From contig CM106585.1 in the NCBI GenBank assembly GCA_048013815.1, positions 2,418,001 to 2,482,000 of the forward strand: DNA of 64,000 bases. The letters are read 5' to 3'. The notes under the pieces are model-generated. The model was not told where the DNA came from and made no database searches. It worked only from the letters and a program-made list of their open reading frames with translations. Origin of the DNA: Setoptus koraiensis (Eukaryota > Animalia > Arthropoda). This document shows positions 50,031-61,651 of this stretch, in pieces (position 1 is the stretch's first letter; every line of letters starts with the position of its first letter). The translations under genes and the position numbers were made by a program.

Positions 50031-50411
50031 TATAGGGTGGCAGGTTCAAATGGGCAAGTTTCTACAGTTTATGCTACGCTGCCCTCCACAGTGCATTTTC
50101 AGCACACAAACACTGCGCGCTGCTTCCAATGTGCACCGATGTTTTATGAAATATCCAACAGAGGCGCTGCTCACACTTTGTTCAACAAAGAATGCACTGC
50201 AGCGCCGCTCTCGCGAACCTTTTGTAAACTAATTTAGGTGCATCAGAAAAACGTGTGCTAGCTTTAATCGCACAGTTAGTGAGTAAGTAAGACTTTGAGC
50301 GTGTTTAGCGCCGCAGTTTAACACAGGCACACAATAATACTTTGCACTCTCTGTGCTTGTGCGCTGCACAGGAGCTTTTGGACTATGCTGGCTTGCTTGC
50401 TCCACCCTATA
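50031..50411. mobile_element. TA-flanked MITE (family A), uninterrupted copy, 381 bp
   Basis: Left end TATAGGGTGGCAGG, right end TTGCTTGCTCCACCCTATA. Internal blocks CAGCACA..TGCGCGCTGC and GCACT..TGTGCTTGTGC are shared with the 6592 copy at similar offsets. Confidence 0.75.
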
Positions 50412-50627
50412 AGTTGTTTACAAAAATAACAGCTATGCCATTTCGGACCGCAAGGATGCGCGTGACCCGCGCGCGGCACACCCACTCGGGCATTAACATG
50501 GTACCCCTGGGTGGGGAGTGCATTGGGAAAAGCGCACACAGTGCATTTGCCACTTTTGTATTTTTCTTATATAACAGAGGGTGCCACTTACGGTCTATGG
50601 CACATAGTGTCTAGACCTTAGGTAAAC

Positions 50628-50658
50628 TTTCATTTGTCTAGACTCTAGACAAATGAAA
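50628..50658. repeat. Perfect inverted repeat with 15-bp arms and a 1-nt spacer
   Basis: TTTCATTTGTCTAGA-C-TCTAGACAAATGAAA. Confidence 0.95.
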
Positions 50659-53600
50659 CATTCCCCATCGGTGCCTTAAATGAGTGGATAAAAAAAGACG
50701 AAAGAAGTTGCCTAATTGATCGTTAATTGTATATAAATAGAACAGATTCTTAAAGTTAAGACCAATGAAGTCCGTGTGCCTTGAAACACAGCGCCACCGT
50801 GCATCTGCATACAATTTGTGGAATTAGCTTGATAATAGGGTGATCATATAATGAAAAAACAAAAAATTTTCTGTATACAAGGCTTATTAGTTTTACAGTC
50901 TCCGTAGACTACCACCTTACTCCTCCACAAAAACTATTAAATTAACTCGCTGTTATCAATATCTCGCAGGCAGCCCTCAGGAGTTCGCCAGTAGGTGCCT
51001 GCATCTATCGCGGGTTATATGTCTCCCAAGCCTGATGACTTGGATGGACTGTGAACAGATCTATTAGTAGTTTACTTAACTCATTGTTGATTAGATGCGA
51101 TTAGACTAGTTAGACAAACTCGAGTTATTTGATAATACCCGGAAGTGAGAATCGCCAGTTGCTCACTTGCTTCACATCTAACCTAGGAGGACAGAGGTGT
51201 AAGCAGTTGTAATCATTGAGATCTCGCTATATCGACAATTTAACTCAAAATTTCGTTTTGTGTTAGTTTAACATGTCAGGATAATACATATGAATTTTTA
51301 TCAAGATTGACCAAGTGACATAGAAGTTAAACGAGAAACCTTGGGATGGCACTGAAATGTACTCTTGAGGTTTTTTTGTGAGCTTCGCACCTATTCTACG
51401 AATCATATCTCGGATCTAGGAGCACAGTGTTGTATACAAAAATTAGGAAAGGATGGGCTCTATTCACAAGGTAAAGCTCATTTACGAACATATACCTCTC
51501 CAACAAACTATAGCCTCAATCTTCCCTCCTGATCGTGCTGAGCGAGTACAGGTCCACCAAAGTCCAAACTAAAGTCTAATTTTTGGAATAATTATACTAG
51601 TTTCTCGAACTCGATCTTGATGCTTTGTTTGGTTTTGGAGTATGTATCTAAGTGATTAAATTTGAAAATTAGTGGATGTTTCGACAACTTTTTAAGTTCG
51701 AAGCGTTAACAAAATAATGATATCTGACTAGGTAGACCGGTCATATAATAATACAGTCATCTCAAATCAACCCGATTTTACCGTATTTACCTCCATTCTA
51801 TTTAGATTGTCGAAGGAGTCAGTAATGATTAGAATTGTGCTCATCCCTTCAAAAGATCACATTGCCATCGAGGTATAAACTTAACACACGCTCAATTTCC
51901 CAAAGTTGTAATCAAGATAGATCATAAGACAGTAGCTACTCCATCGATGGATATAATACAAATCAGCCGACAATTGTGAGCGAGACGAAGCGAGGAAACG
52001 TATCTCGCGATGGGAGTATTTGAACAACAATCTAGTGTTACTGCACACTTAATATATATTTTGTAGTATATGATTGCGGTAGGCAAGCATATCAGGTAAA
52101 TCGCCTTTACATACAACATGTATCCCGGTACTATTAAGGTTACTAATGTCATCATACATTCCACATTATTTCAACCAGTATGTAAAGTGTACTACCTAGC
52201 GAGATAGTCCACTGATCGGGAGCTGAAATAAACACAAAATTGAACGCCACCTATGTCTGCTATGAGGCTGGTGTATGATGATTCCATTTTACTAACATAA
52301 TATTGATCATAGTAATAGGTAACTACCATACTATAACTTACTTGTATGAAGAATCGTAATGATGCACCTTCGGTTGCGGCAAGTATAGCTAGGTAATCAG
52401 TAAGTCATCACTTATTTTGCACGGTCACGTTATGTGTCATGACTAGGTGCTTGATAATACAAATACGTTTACTTCCTCCGATCTAATATAATAATCATTG
52501 GCGTTGTTTTTCATATAGTAATAACAATATAGTATCTATCATCGATATTGTCAGCATCCTTCTATCATCATCAATAACATGGCGTTTATGGTGAAAAAAA
52601 AAACAACGAAAAAACAATAACAACAACAGTAGAATCTATGATCTCAAATATTTGATTGTATCATAGATATCACAATCAACATTCAGTTGCTTAAGTATCC
52701 TCTTTTGTTGATATTGAATGCTTCACTTCTGTTTGCCTTGTTTATCATGAGAGTGACGGCAACAGCAATAGACAGTGTGTGCTAGTTCAAGGAACTAGAC
52801 TCTCTAGCTTATTAGATTACCTTTCTCAGTGGACCATTAGTATCATACTTTTCTTTGATGTCTCTGGGTTCTAAATAGTGTCACAGTAGCGTACAAAGTA
52901 TCTCTAGAGGCCCTCTGCGAGTCTGACAAATACACAAAGATGGATCTTACCATCTTGCGGAATAAATACTGCTAGCATTGATTAGGCGCCAACCAGAGTA
53001 AACTATTGAATAATAGTGAGATGGATCGTTTTGCTAGAAGAAACTCTTTCGCTTCTTGATCAAGATCAATGTACATACATTTGAAGCAATAATATTAATA
53101 ACAATGCTACGTCATAAGACTGTTGTTACACCGCCACATCAACAACAACGTCAAAAACGACGACTGCGACAACAAGAATCCACTTGGATAAACTAGGAGA
53201 TGCCACTCATCGTTATACACATGTAGGAGTCGTTATAGGGTGTGTAGGATAGGATTACTTGTTTTGGTGGTCGATTTAAATTTGTTTGTAATAATTACAT
53301 AAATAATTGATGAGTTATATATGGTGATAATCAAATTAGTACGAGTAATACGATGAACATAGGCACCTTTTGTTGCTCTCTAAAGCTAAATCGATAAAAT
53401 TCGCATATAATCCTGACTTAAAGTGTGGATAAAATCTGTTCTCATTTTACCTTATCAATTTGTTAGCCTCTTCTCTGGATTTCTTATGACCTGTGAGCAA
53501 CATAAAAGGTAAACAAACAGTTTCAAAACTAAAGCGTGAGAATAAGTAAATGAAAAATCATCTTGAGAAAGTTGTCTTGCTGATAACGTTTCTTTCTCCT

Positions 53601-56121
53601 AGTCACGATACGCACGTACCGTACAAGTTGAGTGCTGATTTGAATATTTTAATAATAAATTGTTGATTTCTCTTCCTGGGTCGTAATGTGGTTATACCGA
53701 CAATACATGGTTGTCGTGTATCTGCCTTCGTTAATTGATTCGTGAAGTAAAACATGACAGCGTTATCCATACATCCATTTTACCTTTACTATTCGCCAAT
53801 TTCTATGATTATAGACCGTGTGTGCCTATGTATTAAACTAGTTGAGGATTATTTACATTGAGAGTTGAAGAGGTTGAATTAGTGACACTAGATTAGCAGT
53901 TTTTTACCTGGTTTACGAGCTCGATCCAGTCTAATCGATGATGATATCAGACACATATCGATCATGCGACTAGCGAATGTCAACCGGAAGAGAGCAAATT
54001 CTGTGCCCCACAGCGAGCCGAATGTCTATCAATTAGAATCATGTTGTGGTCATAGTTCGATTGTGACTTTGTTTCTATTAGAAACTTTCTATTGATCCAT
54101 TCAACAATGGCGCAATGGTTTTTTGTTGAGCACCTAATTCAACAGTCATCATCGATTGATTGCAGCAGTAGACGTGATTTTGGACTGCACCTGATGAGGG
54201 CGCTGATGAATGAGATGTATAAACGAAACAGTTCAAGAGAACAACTACGCTTGTCGACATAGCAGACGCCCTCTTCAATCCATCGTTTACGTAGACGAGT
54301 GTAAATCTTCTGTAAGGGATTTGTATGATGGCAGTAAAAGGGAAAAATCAATGCTGGATTGAACCATTTTACTTGAAGTATTTCCTCTATATAAACCTCT
54401 TGACTCGGTGTTGCATAATATCTTATATCGACTTAAAAGCTGTTATATCGATGCTGTTGATGATAAACAGAATCTACCGACAGTATAATGAGTAGTGAGA
54501 CAGAGGCGACAATAGCATCATCATCTGTGATGGTGTCTGACATTGTCTGGCAAGCACCGCCGATGTTTGGACTACAAACTTTGGAGTTCAAGTGAAGTTT
54601 ATTGTATAAGTTACAGCATTTATATAAATAGTAGCACAGATTAGTGGGCAACTGTTCCGTGGCACAGAAATAGCACAGAACACAGGGGGTTCGCGAGTGG
54701 CAAATTGGCCCAGTTCGACATTCCCACTGTAACCGTTAGCGCTCTTTGTTGACTTGCACTTTTTGTAGCCGACATGAGCAATCTCTTGCATATACGGCTA
54801 ATTATATCATCGACACATTCAGACTTTCGAACATCTTCTTGTGCGCCGCACAGTCAGTCCATTCATGCTCAGTGTGCAGTCGATGTGATTTATATAAAAA
54901 AGAAGAAAGGAAAGATGGAAAAAAGTTCAAAAGTAACTGACTGCCAGCGAACGGGCTCTGTATTTGGCTCTATATTTGACTACCGACAATGCATTGAGGG
55001 CCTGGTGTGTTGGTGTCTCGATGCAACAAGCGCGACTTCAACCAATACAAGAGGGAGGGAGAGAGAGAAGCCCCTGCGGAGCAGATTCAGAACTACAAAG
55101 TGAACTTTCCCTGAAAAGATCTCGTTATTGTGCCACGGCAACTACAGGTCTGTGGGCCTGCTTCGTGCTCGTTACCAGATTATTGTTACTCTTATTATTA
55201 CCGCTTGAGGGTACGTGTTTTCCGACGCGGGGTGGCGCCTCAGCTGTTCATGCATCATAGCTGTATGGTTGTACGCGATCCTGCAGATAAGCACTTTGCA
55301 TGAACAACTGCTACTCGTTGAAACTGCATAAGATGAATCAAGTGCGTCGCCCTAGCGGATTTAAAAGATAATAATCATCGGACATTGGAAAAAGCGCACA
55401 CAGTACAGCAAAGCATAGCAACAAGCGGTGGGTGAGTCTAGATGAGTCACCCGCTCACGAGTCGAACTATGCAACACCGCGGTGATTTTATAATGTACGA
55501 TAATTCAGTGGTGATGAAACAACGAACAAAGTACAGACTCAAAATTATAAAAATTTTCAAAAAGTGCGCCAAGGGCACAAAGCGAATCATTCGTTTGACA
55601 TCATTAGAATCATGAGAACCCGAAACGAGAAGAGAGAGAGAGAGAAATGCGCAGTTTTATGTGCTTCAAAATGCAATTCATACATCACACAGATAGTTAG
55701 CATGTGAACGGACCATCGACTGGTGAGCAATATAGGGCTCGAAATAAGCGGCTCAGACATTGGCGATTTTATGCTCAGGCGCTGTACTCATATTGTTGCT
55801 GTAGTGTGGTGAATCTAGATCATATGGTTGAGAAAGTTGATGAAGCTAGAGCTCGGATGGCTCACGTTCACAATGTATCGTTGCACAGGCTACGGGTATG
55901 CGAGAGGACAATTGGAGTTAGATCTTGTGCGCACTCTCACATATACTACGCACGAAGACGAACACTAACCTCACAGACTGTACTTCATTAGGTCCTGTTA
56001 GTAGACTTTGCTGTAGAATCTGCTGCAGTGTTACTAGGGGCTAAAGGACATGAGCCACTTGAGACCACCAAAAATAAGAGCAAGCCTGAATCGCGCGATT
56101 CTACAAGTTAAGTCGCGCTCA

Positions 56122-56150
56122 AACGCACACACACACACACACACACACAC
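56122..56150. repeat. (CA)n microsatellite; further GT-rich run at about 56335-56385 and (AT)n at 56702-56720
   Basis: Read directly, upstream of GSK3. Confidence 0.85.
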
Positions 56151-56773
56151 TGGCTTGTGCACCGTGCACCACGGCAGGGATGGCCAGTGCTACTGGCCCA
56201 TTGGTGCTGCGTGATGGAATAATGTAGACCAAATGATGCTTGAGTCGGCAATTGTTGGAAGCGAAGGCGACTCAAGTAGTTTGATTCGACGACGGACCAA
56301 AGCGCCTGTGCGCTAGCCTGCCCACTGTGTTTTTGTGTGCGTGTGTATGTTGGTGTGTGTGTGCGTGTGTGTGTGTGCGTGTGTTTTTGTGCACAGGGGT
56401 GCAAGTGTACAATCCTCATATGTCTATCCGTAATTTTGTCTGCCAGTCTGCCAGTCTGCCTGCCTGTTTGCCTGCTAGCCCGTCTGTCTCTCTTGATATT
56501 TCTTTCTCTTTTGCTAGCTCACCTTAGTACAATTTCAACCTATGCCTGCTATTTCTCCCTTATCAATCGTTTTGTCTCCTCTTGTCTCGTTCGACTTGTA
56601 CAACACAGCCGAATATACCGTATTCGTATTTTTCTCCCTCCTCCTTCTGTATCTTTATTGCGTTTAGATATATGTTACTATCAATACAATACAATATATA
56701 TTATATATATATATATATATTTAATTGAACAGCATCCATTATTATCAATTATAACAAATATTACACCAACAAC

Positions 56774-58138
56774 ATGTCTCTCGACAGCAGAAGGAGACCC
56801 AACGCACCCAGAGATAATGTCGTCACTGTTAAAGCCCACCCAGGGCCTCTACCCCAACCTATTGATCAAATATCATCTACAACACCCTCAGCTAACAGCA
56901 CCTCTAACACTAATAGCTGCGAACAAGATGTAGATATCACATATGTAGACCTTAAGATCATTGGAAATGGCTCTTTTGGTGTTGTTTATCAGGCCACATT
57001 AACAAGTCCTACACATGAGCAAATTGCAATCAAGAAAGTCCTACAGGACAAAAGATTTAAAAACAGAGAATTACAAATAATGCGTAGACTGGATCATTGT
57101 AATGTTGTCAAATTGAAATATTACTTTCACACAGTAGGCGAAAGAAATAATGAAGTGTATCTCAACCTAGTATTGGAATATATACCAGAAACACTATATA
57201 AAATGGCCCGTACTCATAACAGGTCACGACAACAACTTCCCATGATATTGGTCAAATTATATATGTATCAGTTATTTAGAAGCTTAAATTATATTCATTC
57301 CATGAATATTTGTCACCGAGATATTAAGCCACAAAATTTATTACTCAATCCAGAAACTGGTGTTTTAAAATTATGTGATTTTGGATCAGCGAAGACATTG
57401 GTCAAGGGTGAAACTAATGTTGCCTACATATGTTCAAGATATTATCGTGCACCTGAATTGATATTCGGTGCCACAGATTACACAACTAAGATAGATATTT
57501 GGTCGGCTGGATGTGTCATGGCGGAACTCATTATTGGCGAGCCAATGTTCCCAGGGGAAAGTGGCGTTGATCAATTAGTCGAAATAATCAAGGTTCTGGG
57601 TACACCCACTAGGGAACAGATGAAATCGATGAACCAGAATTACCAAGAATTCAAATTCCCAATAATCAAAGCCCAATCATGGCATACGCTTTTTCAAAGG
57701 TTTCGTGCTCCTCCCGAGACCGCATGTTTAGTATCCAAACTGCTGGAATATACACCCACATCTAGACTTACACCATTGGAAGCATGTGCTCACAATCTTT
57801 TTGATGAATTAAGGTCACCCAATCATGTAATCCAACATAATGGACGTGATTTTCCCCCTCTATTCAATTTCACAGAAGAGGAATTAAAAGGGGAGCCTCA
57901 TCTTGCCACCATTTTGCAATGCAAAACCAGTGGTATCAGCCCCACAACAGTTCCCAGTAGTCATCAACAGCAAACACAAGCGCATCAACCTTCACCCCAG
58001 GCGTCAACTAGTTCGACGACTGTAGTTACATCCTCTGCAACGCAGCAGCAACCACATATACCATCATCACACCCCCATCACGATCCCCAAGACCCGCCAA
58101 CATCGACTCAACCTTCTGCCTCCACGGTCGACGCTTAA
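56774..58138 (+). CDS. sgg: Glycogen synthase kinase 3 (shaggy-like), single coding exon, 454 aa
   Basis: [93 protein letters not shown]; low-complexity C-terminal tail. Confidence 0.97.
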   Translation: MSLDSRRRPNAPRDNVVTVKAHPGPLPQPIDQISSTTPSANSTSNTNSCEQDVDITYVDLKIIGNGSFGVVYQATLTSPTHEQIAIKKVLQDKRFKNRELQIMRRLDHCNVVKLKYYFHTVGERNNEVYLNLVLEYIPETLYKMARTHNRSRQQLPMILVKLYMYQLFRSLNYIHSMNICHRDIKPQNLLLNPETGVLKLCDFGSAKTLVKGETNVAYICSRYYRAPELIFGATDYTTKIDIWSAGCVMAELIIGEPMFPGESGVDQLVEIIKVLGTPTREQMKSMNQNYQEFKFPIIKAQSWHTLFQRFRAPPETACLVSKLLEYTPTSRLTPLEACAHNLFDELRSPNHVIQHNGRDFPPLFNFTEEELKGEPHLATILQCKTSGISPTTVPSSHQQQTQAHQPSPQASTSSTTVVTSSATQQQPHIPSSHPHHDPQDPPTSTQPSASTVDA

Positions 58139-59465
58139 GACGTAGAAATCTTCTTTCATTAATAAAGTAATAGCAAATATTCGAAGAACTTTATCATGGA
58201 TGCGACAGTAATTCATTACTGTATATGGCTCATTATACTATCTATATTTCTGTATATTGTCAGATTTTGTTCCATTCTAAACTATATCATCAGATATCAT
58301 AGTTAATTTGCAAGATGACAATACTTCTTGATGTTGTTGCACTTTTGCATTCGTAGATGGCCGACTTCGTGTATTGATTTCAAGCATCGATGTAGATCGC
58401 ATATTGTATGCGTAATCGTATCAAATTGTGCGTGTCCTTGGTATCAGAGAAAGTGGGCGCGGCAGGCCGGGCATCACTAGAAAGTCTTTTTCATCCAGCA
58501 CGGTTAATAGGCTCAAGCGTGATCTGCGCTGTCGATTAATACCATCATCTTCATCACAGTGATTAATGAGAATATAAATACTAGGGATCAGCAACTAACA
58601 ATGCCGTTGTTAGGGAATGATAGTGCAAGTAAGTCTGACGAATTAAATCAAGCCCGAGCAATCTTATGGAGGCATGAAAACTACCCTTGCCGTACAGCAG
58701 TACATGAAACAAACTGTTAGAAAGATGTGTCTGATATCGAAGCAATACAAAGCATCCTAATAAACAGGATGTAAGCGCTTCAAAATCGAAGCATCTCCGA
58801 CAATTGTTGTTGCAATCTGCTGAATCGATTAGCTGTTGTATCGCAAGCTTGCTACTTCCCAGATGTTTGTACACGAAGGACGACCAAGGAAAAGCGGATT
58901 TCTATGCGCAGCCCATAAGCAATTCAACGAGTGTCCTGCAATCTGTCATATCCGACATCCTAGAGGGTGAAGTCTGTTTGGTCAATAAGAGTCGCTATTT
59001 ATAACGAACTACAATCAGAGGAAGTTCCGTGGTGAAACTATATTCGATTTGCTGGCGAGCATTCAAACTTTCTCTCATACCTATTTCCACCGCTGCATGA
59101 TGTCAGATTAATTTGAAAAGGAAACTCATCTCTATAAACAATTCTCCCCATTTTTCACCTTATAACAATCATGTGTCGAAAGACTCATTGATTGTACCAA
59201 TAGATAGTCCAATCGCCCAGGGAAACAACTAACATCTGAGCATACTCTCGACAAGGCTGCACACAAAGCGATGCCAACTCAGCTACATGTACTGTACACT
59301 GATGTACTGTAATAAATGTACATGTATTAATGACCATTTTGGTTAGTGATTGAGAAGAGTCTAGATAAATATATCATCACATTCGTAGTAATACTAGAAT
59401 CTAGAACTCATGTCAAGTTGAGAAAGGAATAATAAATTTGGCCAATCTCGACCCACCCTGACTTA

Positions 59466-60998
59466 CTAGGATTCGCGCTTTATTTTGCTTATGTACATAG
59501 GTCCAAAGTTGCTGCATACATTTGGTACAACCTGTTGTCCATACTTACATTGAGTGTAAAACTTGTACAAACCTCTGAGAGGTCTAAAAGTTTCTTTTAG
59601 GTTTACAATAGTGAATTTCGATTGATGCCCATTCAGAAACATCTCCCTAAGAGCAGCGTGAACGACTCCATCATTTTGTATTGGCGACATGGAACATGTT
59701 GAATATACCACGCTACCCTTAGGTCGAATGCTTGACAGAGCTGCAACCAAAATATCTCTTTGTAAGTAAGGTAATGCTACCCTTTCTTCGGTCCTAGATA
59801 ACTTGAAAATATTGTTGTAACTAGATTGCGCTGAATGACGATCATTCGTACAAGGTGCATCGACCAGTATTTTATCGTATGCGTCAGGGTGGATCATAGA
59901 TCTAGCATCTTGGTTGGTAAACTTGAGGGTTTCACTAACATATTTTATCTTGGGGCAAAAGTGATTGAAAACGTCCTTCAATCTTCCTAGCCTATTAACC
60001 GAGATGTCATTGCAATGAAGACTAGAAGGTTTCAATGTCATCATCATAGCTAAAGATTTACCGCCAGGGCTAGCGCAATAGTCTGCACAAGATTCATTAT
60101 GTTGCAGATCGAGGGCGAGAACGGGAAGCACAGACGCGCCATCTAAGAAATAATACTTTGACAGGCCTGAGTCTTTATGAATACCTGGATCCTCGAAATC
60201 GGCCCAATCATTACGTTTGCGAGTGTATATCTTGAGCTGATCAGCAAATTCAAGAGGGGCTCCTTCAGTGAAATTTACTGGAAAATCGTCATCGTTTTCT
60301 CTGTATGATTCAAAATATGAAAGATCAGTTACCGGTAGATCCTCTTGAGATATAATTTCTTCAGCAGGCACGTAATCATTGAGACTAAGATTAGTTGATG
60401 CTCTATTGATGAAATATCTTTCATCATCATCGAGCTTGCGATCGGAAAACATTTCCAATAGATCCTCGGCGGGACTTGCGAAGCCTCCACTGGTTGTGTT
60501 GCCATCAGTCAGCTGTCCATCGCTGATATCACTAACCTCTATTTGGGTTGCATCGATTTCACTTACTTCAACACCAGCCTCTTTGGCCATCATTTCTCTC
60601 CTTCGTGCTCTCTTGTTTTCTAACAACTCTTCTCTTATCTTATGATGCGTCCATGATCGTAAATGCTTCTTGTAATATTTATCTAATTCCACGATTTCTG
60701 ATTCGCCACGTAGCTCCGCATATAGCTCTTCATTGTCAAGAAAAGAATTAGATATGGCACAGTACTTATGCGGACATAGAAGGCCAAGCCTCATCGAAGG
60801 CCAACTAGAACCATAGACTTTAGAGTAAAAATTATCAAAATGGCTGATAGCCAGGTCAGAATTCTTGGAGGCTTTCTGAATGTTTCTCCAGGATGCCGAG
60901 GTCCATTTACCCTCCAGTTGGGCAGCATATTGTCGACAGCTTAGTTGTCTCAATTTCCCTTTCAGATATACTCTTGTGTTCGCGGTAGATCTCAACAT
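59466..60998 (-). CDS. NSUN4: Mitochondrial 5-methylcytosine rRNA methyltransferase NSUN4, intronless, 510 aa
   Basis: HFD.FYSKVYG..WPSMRLGLL...KYCA; YYFLDGASVLPVLAL; CASPGGKS; DKILVDAPCTNDR; VYSTCSMSPIQNDGVV; PN..SNFGPMY. Confidence 0.95.
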   Translation of the reverse strand: MLRSTANTRVYLKGKLRQLSCRQYAAQLEGKWTSASWRNIQKASKNSDLAISHFDNFYSKVYGSSWPSMRLGLLCPHKYCAISNSFLDNEELYAELRGESEIVELDKYYKKHLRSWTHHKIREELLENKRARRREMMAKEAGVEVSEIDATQIEVSDISDGQLTDGNTTSGGFASPAEDLLEMFSDRKLDDDERYFINRASTNLSLNDYVPAEEIISQEDLPVTDLSYFESYRENDDDFPVNFTEGAPLEFADQLKIYTRKRNDWADFEDPGIHKDSGLSKYYFLDGASVLPVLALDLQHNESCADYCASPGGKSLAMMMTLKPSSLHCNDISVNRLGRLKDVFNHFCPKIKYVSETLKFTNQDARSMIHPDAYDKILVDAPCTNDRHSAQSSYNNIFKLSRTEERVALPYLQRDILVAALSSIRPKGSVVYSTCSMSPIQNDGVVHAALREMFLNGHQSKFTIVNLKETFRPLRGLYKFYTQCKYGQQVVPNVCSNFGPMYISKIKRES

Positions 60999-61291
60999 TT
61001 TTCGCTGAAACTGTTTTGATAATGGAGAAGTTTCTTGTTCGGTTCGTTGCTCTTGATCACAGCGACATGTGTGTTTATTTTCGAAACGGCACGTGGTTTC
61101 TTTTCATATCGAGTAACTATTGAGGTATTATGTAATAAAAATGTATTTATATCTGTAATATATTAATTTTTCGAGTTAATCTCCAATTTAATATTTTGCC
61201 TTATAAGGAATTGAGACTAATCTAGTGAAGACCAGAAAGTTTTGAAAAAAAATAGAACGACTATATGAATGGGTAAATGCAAAAAGAGATT

Positions 61292-61363
61292 TTCCGTTAC
61301 CGGGAATTGAACCCGGGTCTCCTGGGTGAAAGCCAGACATCCTAACCACTAGACAATAACGGA
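61292..61363 (-). tRNA. tRNA-Glu (anticodon TTC)
   Basis: 72-nt cloverleaf TCCGTTATTGTCTAGTGGTTAGGATGTCTGGCTTTCACCCAGGAGACCCGGGTTCAATTCCCGGTAACGGAA. Acceptor stem TCCGTTA/TAACGGA, intact A and B boxes, downstream TTTTT Pol III terminator. Confidence 0.96.
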
Positions 61364-61651
61364 TACTATGTGTAGATGATGATCGATCATCTATTTATAA
61401 TCCACTTGCTCGAAACACAAACAAAGAATAAATCTTCTCATTGACAAATCAGACAATTGGAACAACTTGTTGTGAATCACGAGGAACCAATCATGATCAA
61501 ATAAAATCGTCCAAAGGCTATCAATCCTCCAATGTACAGCTTCGTGTCTATCTAGTCAGGAAAATCTAGTCAAGATTAGTTGTTTGATGCAAGTTTCGAT
61601 TTATTGAAAAACAAACAGACTAAATCTAAATCAGCGTGATTGGAGCATTAT

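Noticed and set aside
54190-54275. TGATGA boxes with a GAGGGCG/CGCCCTC inverted repeat, a possible C/D snoRNA
   Set aside because: No box D (CTGA) at an appropriate distance.
56337-56933. 198-aa ORF overlapping the GSK3 start
   Set aside because: GTG start and microsatellite-derived low-complexity sequence; not a credible eukaryotic CDS.
58580-59120. Protein-like frames between GSK3 and NSUN4
   Set aside because: Multiple stops and no recognisable homology; probably 3' UTR or intergenic.
60240-60680. Acidic insertion in NSUN4 relative to the human protein
   Set aside because: As I recall, insect NSUN4 proteins are also about 500 aa, so it is probably not unusual.
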